64,000 bases of DNA from a bacterium (GCA_963681965.1 OY820579.1:2304001-2368000), one strand, 5' to 3'. Shown: positions 48,960 to 60,083, counted from the first letter of the stretch. Numbers and translations: made by a program. The notes: generated by a model not told the origin, from the letters alone.

Positions 48960-51900
48960 ATGGCTGCACCAAAGCGGAAGTCGGGTACGGAATTGTTTAT
49001 CGTCGACAACAACGATTCCGATTGGAAAGTTCGCTCCTACATCAGCGACTGGTGCGAATTGTCGAAAGCGATTGATATCGCTACCGGCTACTTCGAGATC
49101 GGTGGTCTATTATGTCTGAAAGAAAAGTGGCAGCAGGTCGATCGGATCCGCATTCTGATGGGTGACGAAGTATCGTATCGTACCAAAGCGGCGTTTACCA
49201 AAGGGCTACAGCGAATTCAAAGCACTCTGGATCGAAGTCTCGAAGATGAAAAGTTACGCAACGACTTTTTAGAAGGTGTCCCCGCGATCGTTGAAGGCAT
49301 TCGTTCCGGTAAGATCGTCTGCCGGGTCTTCCGGAAGGATAAGTTTCATGCTAAAGCCTATATCACACATGGTCGTGCTGCGGTGATCGGATCGTTCGCG
49401 CTGGTTGGTTCATCAAATTTCACTTTTCCGGGCTTGAATGATAATATCGAACTAAATGTTCAAATTACCGGCTCCGATGTTAGTTCGTTACAGGATTGGT
49501 TCGAACAGCATTGGAATGAAGCGGACGACGTTACTGCCGATATTCTCCGCACCTTCGAACGTCACACAAATCCGCATCAGCCATTCGAAATCTGGTTGAA
49601 ATCGCTGTATGAGTATTTTTACGGGCGTGAACTCGATGCTGACAATTGGGATCGTGAAAAGTCCGTGATGTACAAGATCCTCGATAAATATCAGCGAGAT
49701 GCCTATAAGAATCTGATGCAAATCGCTAGTAGGTTCGGCGGGGCGTTTCTGTGCGATGGGGTCGGGTTGGGGAAAACCTATGTCGGATTGATGTTACTGG
49801 AACGATTGGTTTTCAAAGAAAAAAAGCAAGTCGTCCTGTTCGCCCCGAAAGCCGCTCGCGAAGATGTCTGGAATACAGCTTTGGAACAATATATGCCCAA
49901 AGCGAAGAGTGAATTCGTCAATCTGGTAGTCTATAATCACACGGACCTTAACCGCGTAGGGGATTGGCCGGAGAAGATGGCGCTGACGGTCCGCGATGCC
50001 GATGTGATCCTGATCGATGAGGCGCACCACTTCCGGAACAAGGGGGTTGCCGGCGAGCAAAAATCGGCGCCATCGCGCTACCGCAAGTTGCAAGACTACA
50101 TCCATTCGGGAGATCGTCCGAAGCAGATCTACTTCCTGACCGCTACTCCGATCAATAATACGGTACACGATTTCCGCAATATGATCGAGCTCTTCACCAA
50201 AGACAATGAACAATACTTTTCGACTACGATTGGCATTCACAATCTTACCGCCCATTTTATCCAGTTGAACGCGCGAATTCTCGGGAAAACAGCTAAAACG
50301 GTACAACTTGCTTTAAATCTGGAAAACAATCTGTTCGATGCCGAGCGGGTGTTGCATTCGGACAAGATCTTCGATGCCTTAGTGGTGCAACGCAGCCGCG
50401 CCTATGTGAAGGAGAGCCAGTTGCAGAGCGAGGGCGGCGTTTCGATGTTTCCCGAGCGAGAGATCCCAAAAGTCGTGCCGTATAATTTGAAATCGACCTA
50501 CGGAATACTGTTAAAGAGTGTGGAACAAGCCTTTCGGAACGATATTCCGTTATTCAATCTTAGTGTCTATTATCCGTTAAAACATTGGATCGGTGGTGAA
50601 ATCGTTGGACTAGAACGCGCTTTCGCCGATGGTCGTCAGAAAATGGTCGTATCGCTGATCCGTACGTCGTTCCTTAAGCGATTCGAAAGTTCGGCGGTTG
50701 CATTCGAAATCTCATGTTGGCGATTGTTAAAAAATCTTCTTAAATGGATCACAGTTCATGGAACTTCAGAGAATTCAAAACGTTCGATCCATTCTTGGAA
50801 GCTGATTAATGCACCGCTAATTAATTACCAAGTTCAACACGAGCTCGATCTTTATCCGACCGACACAGAAGAAGACGAAGTAGAGGATTTCTTAAGCGAC
50901 GAAAGTCTAGCGGAAGTCATTCAGCTTGACGATCCAGAGAATTACGATATCGATAAAATAGTGGAAGAAACGCTAGTAGACTTATCACAACTCGCAGCTT
51001 TCCTGCAGGAAGTTCGACAGGTCAAACCGGAGCGGGATGACAAGCTGAAATCGCTGATCAAGCTTCTTAAAACCGATCCGGTATTGAAGAAGGAAAAGGC
51101 GATAATCTTTACCGAATTCGCCGATACCGCCCGATATCTCGAACATGAATTGAAGAATGAGAAGATCAAAGGAATTTATCGGGTAGACGGCAGCTTTAAA
51201 CATGAGCAGCGTAGTGAAATCTTGCATCGTTTTTCGCCGTATTACAATGGGCGATCCTCAGTAGATCTCGCTGCGAGCGGGCAATCGGAAATCCGGATCC
51301 TGATTTCGACCGATGTCTTGTCGGAAGGCTTAAACCTGCAGGATGCCACCCGGCTTATCAATTACGACTTGCATTGGAATCCGGTGCGGTTGATGCAGCG
51401 GATCGGTCGTGTCGATCGCCGCATGAATCCGGAGATCGAAGCAAAAATTGTAGAGGATCACCCTGAACTTAAGGCAACCCGCGGGAAAGTCGCATTCTGG
51501 AATTTCCTTCCGCCCGATGAATTGAATTTATTGCTCGGACTGTTCCAGAAGGTATCGAAGAAAGTGTTGGTGATCTCGAAACTGCTCGGCATCGAAGGGC
51601 GCAAGCTGCTGACGCCAGATGACGAATTCGATCCAATCCGCGAACTGAACGAGCAGTGTGATGGCGAGCTATCCGAAGCCGAACGCCTCCGCTTGGAATA
51701 CGAGAAGCTGATGCGGGATTACCCGGAGCTGGCAGCCGAATTGCCGGACTTCCCGAATAAGGTCTATTCCGGTCGAGAGGCGCAACATAGCGCGAAAGCG
51801 ATTTTCTTCTGTTATCGTATTCCCGGACCCGATCCCGACCAGATCGATACCGAGACAGGCATGCGGTGGACGGAGCGGATGGGAAAAACCGTCTGGTATT

Positions 51901-52121
51901 GCTGCGATCTTGCGTCAGGAAATGTCACTGCTGATCTTACCGAGATTGCCCGGATCATCCGCACCGCTCCCGACACGTCGCGCCGCATCGCTCTGGATCG
52001 AACTCAAGTCACCGAGATTCGCAAGAAGGTCGAGCGGCAGGTGATACACGATGAATTAAGAACAGTGCAATCCCCGATAGGTGTTTCGCCGATATTAAAA
52101 TGTTGGATGGAGTTAAACTGA
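48960..52121 (+). CDS. PLD-nuclease / SNF2-like helicase fusion
   Basis: FHAKAY..GSSNFT..N.E (PLD), DGVGLGKT, DEAHH, LTATP, SEGLNLQ and WNPVRLMQRIGRVDR motifs. Likely ATG at 48960. Confidence 0.9.
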   Translation: MAAPKRKSGTELFIVDNNDSDWKVRSYISDWCELSKAIDIATGYFEIGGLLCLKEKWQQVDRIRILMGDEVSYRTKAAFTKGLQRIQSTLDRSLEDEKLRNDFLEGVPAIVEGIRSGKIVCRVFRKDKFHAKAYITHGRAAVIGSFALVGSSNFTFPGLNDNIELNVQITGSDVSSLQDWFEQHWNEADDVTADILRTFERHTNPHQPFEIWLKSLYEYFYGRELDADNWDREKSVMYKILDKYQRDAYKNLMQIASRFGGAFLCDGVGLGKTYVGLMLLERLVFKEKKQVVLFAPKAAREDVWNTALEQYMPKAKSEFVNLVVYNHTDLNRVGDWPEKMALTVRDADVILIDEAHHFRNKGVAGEQKSAPSRYRKLQDYIHSGDRPKQIYFLTATPINNTVHDFRNMIELFTKDNEQYFSTTIGIHNLTAHFIQLNARILGKTAKTVQLALNLENNLFDAERVLHSDKIFDALVVQRSRAYVKESQLQSEGGVSMFPEREIPKVVPYNLKSTYGILLKSVEQAFRNDIPLFNLSVYYPLKHWIGGEIVGLERAFADGRQKMVVSLIRTSFLKRFESSAVAFEISCWRLLKNLLKWITVHGTSENSKRSIHSWKLINAPLINYQVQHELDLYPTDTEEDEVEDFLSDESLAEVIQLDDPENYDIDKIVEETLVDLSQLAAFLQEVRQVKPERDDKLKSLIKLLKTDPVLKKEKAIIFTEFADTARYLEHELKNEKIKGIYRVDGSFKHEQRSEILHRFSPYYNGRSSVDLAASGQSEIRILISTDVLSEGLNLQDATRLINYDLHWNPVRLMQRIGRVDRRMNPEIEAKIVEDHPELKATRGKVAFWNFLPPDELNLLLGLFQKVSKKVLVISKLLGIEGRKLLTPDDEFDPIRELNEQCDGELSEAERLRLEYEKLMRDYPELAAELPDFPNKVYSGREAQHSAKAIFFCYRIPGPDPDQIDTETGMRWTERMGKTVWYCCDLASGNVTADLTEIARIIRTAPDTSRRIALDRTQVTEIRKKVERQVIHDELRTVQSPIGVSPILKCWMELN

Positions 52122-55100
52122 TGAAACAGAATTTATCGACCAAGATTGAATTAGCGATTCAAAATTCGAAGAGTGAGTCTACATTTATAAAAAATCTCTT
52201 AATCGACACGCTTAATTGGCCGTTACAAGCGGATAAATCGGAATTTACCGACTTTACTTACGAATGGTATCAGCAAGATTTGGGGATCGAAAAAGACCAT
52301 AGCAAAGTGAAAATCGCCTATCAAATTCCCCCCTTTCGAGATGATAATCCCTGGGGAATTTTCGTCATCGAGTTTGCTGATACGAAATTTTTCGCTACGG
52401 GACGCGGTATCACGAAAGACTTGCGCGAGATGCTTCGCGGATTAACCAGCAAGAAGCAAGTTGTGGGACATTTCGAGCGGGAAGGTTTACTCTTCATTTG
52501 TACTTATAATTATGAATATTTCTCCTTTGCGCATTTTAAAAATCCCGGCATTAATTCGAAAACGACCCCGTTGGCAGCATTCGGGTGGGGACCTGACGAT
52601 CCGATTCATACAATCTGCGATTGCAATCTATCGCATTTGTGTTATTCTGACTCATGGACGAACGACGAATGGCGTAAAGAGTGGCAAACGGCCTTCGATG
52701 TCGAGCAAGTTACCGAACGCTTCTATAATGAATATGAGCGAGTTTTTTCCGATTTTGAGAATCGGTTAGTTGTCGAAAAAATCAAAGGCAAAGAGGAATC
52801 TGAAACCAAGCGGATGTTCGCGCAAACGATCTTCAATCGTTTGATGTTTCTACGGTTTATTGAGCGAAAGAATTGGCTTCAATTCGGTAAAGAGAAAGAC
52901 AATCACATATATTTGAACTCGCTCTATCGTGCTGGTGGTTATGACAGTAAGTCTTTTTATCTTGGACGGTTACGGCCGCTATTTTTTTATGGATTAGCGA
53001 AATATAATGAAGGTGATTCGCCAGCTTATGGGATAGTACCATTTTTAAATGGCGGTTTATTTAAGGAAGGAGATATCGATAAAGTCGTTGTCGATCTTCC
53101 TGATGATGTCTTTCAACCACTCCTCGCAAAAGATGGTCTATTGTATCGTTACAATTTTACCGTCGATGAATCGACACCAATCGATATCGAAGTCGGCGTC
53201 GATCCCGAAATGCTGGGAAAGGTGTTTGAGAAGGTCGTCACACGTCCGAAAGACCGAAAAGCAAAAGGCGCGTTTTATACACCCCGGTCAATTGTCGCAT
53301 TCATGTGCAAAGAGGCTTTGAAAGGGTATTTACCCAATTGTGAGCGCTTGATCGATCATTATGATGCTAGTGATATCAGTATTCAACAAGCAAAAAAACT
53401 AATTAAGAAAGTTGAAGCCGTAAAAATTTGCGATCCGGCGTGCGGTTCGGGCGCGTATTTAGTTGGGATGTTGCAGGAACTGTTTCAGATTTTGAAATTA
53501 CTCGATACTGCTGGTAAACTTGAAACCCCGAATATCGCTTATGAAGCGAAATTGAAAATAATACAGAACAATTTATACGGTGTCGATCTTGACGAATTTG
53601 CCGTCCATATCGCGCGGTTGCGGTTATGGCTTTCGTTATCGATCGATAACCCGATGCTTACTCCCGAACCGTTACCGAATCTCGATTATAAAATTGAATG
53701 TGGCGATAGCTTATCGGAATTGGTCCGCACTGAATTTGTGGGGATTGAAGATAAGGACATCAATGAATTTATCGAGATGAAAGAACATTATCTGAATATG
53801 CATAGTATCGATAAAGATGCATACGGCGAGAAAATCGAGAAAATCAGAGAACATTTCAGGATTTGTCGTGGTCGTGTGAAAGGATCGAAAGTATTTGATT
53901 GGGATATCGAATTTGCCGAAGTCATGCATACATACCCACTAGACAATGCTGGCTTCGATATTGTCATTGCGAATCCGCCTTATGGCGTAAAATGTAATGA
54001 AGTCCTACGAGACCGCTATTTTTCGGTTGAAGCCGATGGACAGAAACAGAGCCGGGATAGTTACGGGATTTTCATGGTTCGAGGTATCGAATTATTAAAG
54101 CCGGGTGGTTATTTTACCTATATCATTTCCGATACCTGGCGTACGCTTCGAACGCATTTACCGTTAAGAAAACAACTCCTTAGAACACGAATCGAACATT
54201 TTATCGATTTACCCGATTGGACTTTCGAAGCGGTCGTGAATACGTGTATACTATCCCTCCAAAAAATGAATCCGGAGGAATCGCATACCGTTATTGCCGG
54301 TGATTTGCGTAATCTACCGAAAAAAGATTGGAAAGATCTGGAAAAGCAATTAACGAATATTGCCGGGCACGGTCCTGATGTACAAACCACAACAGCAGCG
54401 AGGTATACCTACCCGCAGGAATTGATTAAATCGTATAACGGATTATCGTTCTTCGTAGCTTCACCGAAGCTATATAAATTTATGTCGGAACCATCATTTA
54501 CATCTGTGGGAACCATTGCGGATGTGGTTGTCGGTCTTCAGACCGGTGATAATAACTATTACATTAGAAAATATCCCGATGCACGAGGAAGCTATATAGA
54601 AATCGATAAACGAAAAGTATTGACTGAAGAAGAAATAACCAATTTAACCAACGATGAAAAGAGTAATGGCATTGACCCAGAGAAGTATAGCGGTCGACAC
54701 TTCTTACCGTATGATAAAGGGGGCGAATCTGATGCTAAAGGGGGGTGGTTGCCAAATTATTTTGTACCAACTGAGTATTATATCGATTGGTCAACAAAGG
54801 CTGTTGAACGTATGAAAAATGATAGGTCTTCACGATTTCAGAATTCAAACCACTATTTTATAAATGGTATTTCATTTTCACGCACCGGTCAATATGCTCC
54901 AACTTTTCGTTTTAATTCGAAGAGTGTATTTGATACTGAAGGTTCGAGCATTGATATTCAAGAAAATAATCAATCCCGAATATCACATTACATTCTGATA
55001 TCATATTTGTGTTCGAAACTTGCGAGGTATTTTTTCAAGTCCTTTATAGACCATACAGTACATGTTCAAGTAGATGAAATAAAAACACTTCCGATACCTA

Positions 55101-55897
55101 TTTCGATTTCCACTGAAATCAATAAAGAAATTACATCAATAGTTGAAAGAATTGTAAATATTCAATCAATTAATCGCATTGCGAACTACCTTCATGAACA
55201 AAACGAAATTGATCAAATCGTTTATAGTGTTTATGGTCTTACTAATGATGACATTCGCGAAATCGAGCTCTGGTACTGTCGTCGCTATCCGAAGCTAGCC
55301 GAAGCACAAGGCGTATTGGCTGAAGTAAAAACCAAATACGCTTCCCATCTACAACGGTGCGAATTAGTTCTTTCCAAACCACCACATTATTGGAAGTCGC
55401 ATCTACTCTTGCAATTGATTGCCCAAGGGGAAGGGCAACAACTCGAATTCAAAGCGACTTTTGCGCATGATCTTGCAACAAAATCCGAGAACAAAAATCT
55501 ACATTTGGAAGTATTGAAAACGATCGCCGCCTTTCTGAATTCGACTACAGGTGGAATATTACTGATTGGCGTCAAAAATTCCGGTGAGATTACCGGTATC
55601 GAGCAGGATTATCCATACTGTCAAACTGGACATTGCGACCGCGATGGTTTTGAGCTCCGGATCCGTTCGATGACAACCTCCCGTTTCGATCCACAACCGT
55701 ATGAGAAGATTCTCTTCACCTTCTTCGAAATTGATGGGAAGACCGTCTGTCAGATTAATGTCAAGCCGGAGCCTCGTCCCGAAGGAATTTACCTTGATGG
55801 CGATTTATTTATTCGCGACGGCAATAAAACCCAGAAATTGACCGGTGCCGATATCGGTCGCTGGGTTGCGAATCGAACCACGCATTCCTCCGCCTGA
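52121..55897 (+). CDS. Eco57I/type IIG-like N6-adenine methyltransferase with TRD and C-terminal Schlafen/AlbA_2 domain
   Basis: FLNGGLF, GAFYTP, DPACGSG (motif I) and NPPY (motif IV). C-terminal EGQQLEFK...IAAFLN..GG.LLIGV...GEITG. TGATG coupling to the helicase. Confidence 0.88.
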   Translation: MKQNLSTKIELAIQNSKSESTFIKNLLIDTLNWPLQADKSEFTDFTYEWYQQDLGIEKDHSKVKIAYQIPPFRDDNPWGIFVIEFADTKFFATGRGITKDLREMLRGLTSKKQVVGHFEREGLLFICTYNYEYFSFAHFKNPGINSKTTPLAAFGWGPDDPIHTICDCNLSHLCYSDSWTNDEWRKEWQTAFDVEQVTERFYNEYERVFSDFENRLVVEKIKGKEESETKRMFAQTIFNRLMFLRFIERKNWLQFGKEKDNHIYLNSLYRAGGYDSKSFYLGRLRPLFFYGLAKYNEGDSPAYGIVPFLNGGLFKEGDIDKVVVDLPDDVFQPLLAKDGLLYRYNFTVDESTPIDIEVGVDPEMLGKVFEKVVTRPKDRKAKGAFYTPRSIVAFMCKEALKGYLPNCERLIDHYDASDISIQQAKKLIKKVEAVKICDPACGSGAYLVGMLQELFQILKLLDTAGKLETPNIAYEAKLKIIQNNLYGVDLDEFAVHIARLRLWLSLSIDNPMLTPEPLPNLDYKIECGDSLSELVRTEFVGIEDKDINEFIEMKEHYLNMHSIDKDAYGEKIEKIREHFRICRGRVKGSKVFDWDIEFAEVMHTYPLDNAGFDIVIANPPYGVKCNEVLRDRYFSVEADGQKQSRDSYGIFMVRGIELLKPGGYFTYIISDTWRTLRTHLPLRKQLLRTRIEHFIDLPDWTFEAVVNTCILSLQKMNPEESHTVIAGDLRNLPKKDWKDLEKQLTNIAGHGPDVQTTTAARYTYPQELIKSYNGLSFFVASPKLYKFMSEPSFTSVGTIADVVVGLQTGDNNYYIRKYPDARGSYIEIDKRKVLTEEEITNLTNDEKSNGIDPEKYSGRHFLPYDKGGESDAKGGWLPNYFVPTEYYIDWSTKAVERMKNDRSSRFQNSNHYFINGISFSRTGQYAPTFRFNSKSVFDTEGSSIDIQENNQSRISHYILISYLCSKLARYFFKSFIDHTVHVQVDEIKTLPIPISISTEINKEITSIVERIVNIQSINRIANYLHEQNEIDQIVYSVYGLTNDDIREIELWYCRRYPKLAEAQGVLAEVKTKYASHLQRCELVLSKPPHYWKSHLLLQLIAQGEGQQLEFKATFAHDLATKSENKNLHLEVLKTIAAFLNSTTGGILLIGVKNSGEITGIEQDYPYCQTGHCDRDGFELRIRSMTTSRFDPQPYEKILFTFFEIDGKTVCQINVKPEPRPEGIYLDGDLFIRDGNKTQKLTGADIGRWVANRTTHSSA

Positions 55898-56039
55898 TGT
55901 CCTCCATCGGCGATCACGGCGGCTGGCCGATTCAGTGACATATGCAATCGAATTTTCATCGCTGACAATGGAAGTCGCAATTTTATAAGGAATGAATCAC
56001 AGGAATTGCACAAAAACCACCGTATTCAATGGAGACATC

Positions 56040-58067
56040 ATGAAAAAATACCCACTTGTTATTCAATTTGTGTACAACCCGGAATCAGCCGATGCCGAAG
56101 GGCTTGCACAATCGCTCCACGATGTATTCAATCGGAACCGCGCTGTGCCGGGATTGCAAATTCCCACGCGCTTCATGCCCATGCATCGACACGTTCCTGA
56201 TATTTCGTCACAATTGCTTGAAGAAGCCGAACAAATTGTCTATGTCTTGCTTTTGGACGATTACATCACTACGAATCACAAAAATACCGAGCCAGTAACT
56301 TGGTCGAAATACATCCTAGATATATGCCGCCAAGCTCAAAGGAAGAAATCAAATGCCCGTTTAATTCCGATTCAGCTAACCCGCTACGGTCTTCCTGATG
56401 CTCCGCCGATGTCAAATCTGAATGCCGTCCGTGCCTGGGCAATTTCCGACCGACAGGAGCGCGATGCACATATCGCACGATACATCACTCAAAATCTGAT
56501 CCGCTACTTGTTACCCGAACAAAAAAACAAAGATGCCGTACCAATCGAGATCTTTATCAGCCATACCAAATTGGATTTAAATACTGATCCTTTTGCCGTA
56601 AATCAGTTGATCGAGTATTTGACGATCAATCGTCCGGTAAAAGGATGGTACGATGAGGGTGACATTGAACCGGGATCAGAATTTGGCGAGAGAATTTTTA
56701 GCGGTGTAGAAAAATCCTCGATGCTCGTTATTGCTACCGATCATTATTCCACTCGAACATGGTGTCGGAAAGAATTGATTCACGCCAAACTGAACAATCG
56801 CCCGATTGTTGTCGCCAATGCGATTTCCAACAAAGAGAATCGCAGTTTTCCTTATCTGGGCAATGTACCCGTTATTCGCTGGCAGAATAACCCGCGCGAG
56901 GTTATTGATCTCGTGTTGCAAGAAACTTTGCGTTCGCTGTTCGTGACGCGCGTTTTACAAAATGAAATTGCAAACCAGCAATTTATTCCCAATCCTCCTG
57001 AGTTACTGACGCTGAAGCATCATTCACAAAATCATCGACGAAAGAATACGAAAGTGTATTTTTATCCCGATCCGCCATTGAATGAAGAGGAGCGACTGAT
57101 TCTACAGAATGATCGGATTCACTATACGACGCCATTGCAACATTTTGCCGACCAACATCAACCAACCAGGCTCCCAATGATTGCACTTTCGATTTCAGAA
57201 TCGTCGGATATCGGCGATTACGGATTACGAAAGTGTCATCTGGACGAGTTTTACTTTGAATTATCGCGATACTTACTACTAGCTGGTTACCGGCTTGCTT
57301 ATGGTGGCGATCTCCGTAATGACGGGTATACGCTAAGACTCGTAGATGTAACCCACGATCCTGCGCTCGAAGTTATCTCCCAATCGAGACCGGCACGTGC
57401 CAACAATCGTAAACCGCTCGTTTGTTATCGTCCTTGGCCAAAAAGTAAAATCCCATTGGAAGCGTCGCAAGTTTTACCCGTCGCTGAATGGATCGCTTGT
57501 CCGAAACCTGCTGAAAAATTCTTTAATTTCACGACTGGAAAACCGATTGGAAAGGATTCGCTTCGCAGATTTGAAATTGCACTTGGTTTGACTGAGATGC
57601 GGAGAAAGCAGTCAAAAGAATGCTTAGCTCGCATAGTGATTGGCGGCAAGCTCGGTAGAAAAAATGATGAGTATTCCGGAATTCTACCGGGGACGTTAGA
57701 AGAGACGCTCTACAGTATCCAATACAGTAAACCAGTCTATCTAATCGGCGCCTTCGGTGGCTGTGCCAAAGCGTTGAGCGATCAGATAGTACACAACATT
57801 CCACGCAATGAACTGACGGAATATTTTCAAGCTTTAACACCTCACCGAAAGCTGTTAGAAAAACTCTACACAAGCCAACGCGTAAGGTTTCCATCACTTG
57901 AAGAATTTTCAAAAACTTGCGATATAAACGGAAGTAAAATGTTAAATAACGGTCTGGATTCAGCCGATAATCTTGTATTGTCGGAAACCCGCTCACCCGA
58001 GAAGATCGTGGAGTTGATTTTGAAAGGGCTGTATCAACATCAACCTCGACGGAAATCAGTGACGTAA
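56040..58067 (+). CDS. TIR domain / SLOG domain fusion protein (nucleotide-signalling defence type)
   Basis: IFISH, YSTRTWCRKEL (TIR), IALSISES, LAYGGD, RIVIGG, PGTLEE and PVYLIGAFGG (SLOG) motifs. ATG at 56040 after GGAG. Confidence 0.8.
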   Translation: MKKYPLVIQFVYNPESADAEGLAQSLHDVFNRNRAVPGLQIPTRFMPMHRHVPDISSQLLEEAEQIVYVLLLDDYITTNHKNTEPVTWSKYILDICRQAQRKKSNARLIPIQLTRYGLPDAPPMSNLNAVRAWAISDRQERDAHIARYITQNLIRYLLPEQKNKDAVPIEIFISHTKLDLNTDPFAVNQLIEYLTINRPVKGWYDEGDIEPGSEFGERIFSGVEKSSMLVIATDHYSTRTWCRKELIHAKLNNRPIVVANAISNKENRSFPYLGNVPVIRWQNNPREVIDLVLQETLRSLFVTRVLQNEIANQQFIPNPPELLTLKHHSQNHRRKNTKVYFYPDPPLNEEERLILQNDRIHYTTPLQHFADQHQPTRLPMIALSISESSDIGDYGLRKCHLDEFYFELSRYLLLAGYRLAYGGDLRNDGYTLRLVDVTHDPALEVISQSRPARANNRKPLVCYRPWPKSKIPLEASQVLPVAEWIACPKPAEKFFNFTTGKPIGKDSLRRFEIALGLTEMRRKQSKECLARIVIGGKLGRKNDEYSGILPGTLEETLYSIQYSKPVYLIGAFGGCAKALSDQIVHNIPRNELTEYFQALTPHRKLLEKLYTSQRVRFPSLEEFSKTCDINGSKMLNNGLDSADNLVLSETRSPEKIVELILKGLYQHQPRRKSVT

Positions 58068-58583
58068 TCAGAATGTGGAACCGAAAAGAACTCAACAGCG
58101 TAAGTAATCGGGAGGTCTGATTGGTCCTTTAGAGGCTTGTGGAAGTGCACTGAGAGGCATCTCTCAAAGTTTGATGTTTAGGAATGGTTTGCTTATCTGA
58201 TTATGTAAGTAACTCTCTTATTGTATTGTTATTACTGATCTTATTGTTTTTAAAAAGTTGCCGCGGGGTTGAATAATTCACATTCTTTGATGCAAACGGG
58301 TGATATTTTCATTGCGAATCCGTGCGATTACTTGAGAAATTACCCTTTTATTAGTGGAAACGCTTGCGAAATGAGTCCGGACATTTTATCTTATCGCGTC
58401 GTTCGATTTGTCTTGTTGTTTTATTTGACGGAACAACATAATTGTCGAATGAGCTTGAAACGAGATGTGAAATTTTTCTCGACCGCACCACATGAGTCGA
58501 AGCTTCCATCTCTTGATCGTGCGCATCCTGCTTTGTTGCACTTGATCGAAAAACGAAATGCACTGGACAAGGAACAGAACATA

Positions 58584-60083
58584 ATGGGTTTGACGAACCG
58601 CGAAACTGACGAAACTTTTCGTGATGATGCAAATTCATCGGATCCAAATCCCACCCCAAGACAACCGAAACTTTTCGCAAAGTCAGCAATAGATTCTTCG
58701 GTTCACTCCAATGATAATGGAAACTCAAATGTTCCCCCGCAAAGTCCGGGAATGGGAATCACAAACTCATTTGATCATAACTATTGTGATAAAAAATTTC
58801 TTATTAACATGATTTATCCAAATATTGAGAAACTGGAGTTGGAGATAAATGACAAGAAAATTGAAATAAATGTTCGCGAATTCATGATTAATTTGTATGA
58901 AAATTTACGTCAAAGTCTTTTTCTCTGGAATTCCGAAAAACCATTACTATTAGACTGTAAATACAATAGCTTTGATCATTCTCAAGTAATATCAAACATA
59001 ACCAATAATGGATATCTATATGTTGCTGTTATTTGCAAAGGGTTTGAGCAACATAAAGTGTTCTGCGATGAATTATATAAATTACTAGTTAAATTTAAAG
59101 ATAATTTAGAATATTTAAAGATATTCACTATTGATGGAACAAAGCCGCCGGAACAATTATATCCTACCTTCGATTTAACGCATATTGACATTAATAATTG
59201 TGAAACCCCTGAGATGATTTGTAATTATTTAATCGAATACATGAAATCTGGTTCAATTTTATTAAATTTAAAAAAACGTTCTGAGAATGACGCAGAAAAA
59301 ATTGCCGCAACTTTTGAGGATCTTTCTTTGATTTCTTTATTCCAAAATCACACATTGGCACCTTCACTATGTTCGCTCATTGAATTTCTGCGTTTTTGCA
59401 AGGATTATAAAACGATAAACCTTATCTGTAGAGATCTAGCAACATTATTGTTCTATATAAACTCTCTAGATCAACTTGCTACTTTAAAAGACGACGATAA
59501 TACGAGCAGTAATTTTAGATCTAAATTATCTGACAAAGAATTAAATTCTTTAAATACTGGGTTATCTAAAATTCAACTCTCATTAAATAGTTTGGGCAAC
59601 TATTTGTTTTCTATAAGCAAAACGACTTTTGATAGTACTTCTTATACCAGTAAAGTAAATAATTCTATTTTTCTAGGTAACAAATTACGCGCAATTCTTG
59701 AACATAGAATTGGTAGACAATCTGGATCAAACGGTATTGATATTGATAATTCTATTTTTGTGATAAGATTTTTGTTAGAAAACATCGATGAAAAACTAAC
59801 CGTTACTTATAATAGCGCCAATGTTAATTTTATCATTAATACTATTCATAATAAAGATCGCTCGCTAAAAAGGGTTCTTAAAATACTTATTAGTGTATCA
59901 GATGATCATAACCAATGTACGATTGATAGTATGCATAAATATATGAAAAGGGAGATTCCGACTGTTGATAATGTCGAAAAGATGAAATCCTTAGTGACAT
60001 TCTTGAAAGCAACTTATGCACATAATCAAGAAGGATACTATCCATTATATACAAAAGATAGTAAACAGAGGGTATCGTTATGA
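58584..60083 (+). CDS. Hypothetical AT-rich protein with a divergent TIR-like domain
   Basis: Long ORF (track start 58269). Probable ATG at 58584. YLYVAVICKGF...FCDEL pattern. Stop overlaps the next start (ATGA). Confidence 0.6.
   Translation: MGLTNRETDETFRDDANSSDPNPTPRQPKLFAKSAIDSSVHSNDNGNSNVPPQSPGMGITNSFDHNYCDKKFLINMIYPNIEKLELEINDKKIEINVREFMINLYENLRQSLFLWNSEKPLLLDCKYNSFDHSQVISNITNNGYLYVAVICKGFEQHKVFCDELYKLLVKFKDNLEYLKIFTIDGTKPPEQLYPTFDLTHIDINNCETPEMICNYLIEYMKSGSILLNLKKRSENDAEKIAATFEDLSLISLFQNHTLAPSLCSLIEFLRFCKDYKTINLICRDLATLLFYINSLDQLATLKDDDNTSSNFRSKLSDKELNSLNTGLSKIQLSLNSLGNYLFSISKTTFDSTSYTSKVNNSIFLGNKLRAILEHRIGRQSGSNGIDIDNSIFVIRFLLENIDEKLTVTYNSANVNFIINTIHNKDRSLKRVLKILISVSDDHNQCTIDSMHKYMKREIPTVDNVEKMKSLVTFLKATYAHNQEGYYPLYTKDSKQRVSL

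Noticed and set aside
48960-55897. DISARM or BREX call
   Set aside because: The other core genes (drmA/drmB, pglZ/brxC) are not present; only a PLD-helicase + MTase pair is seen.
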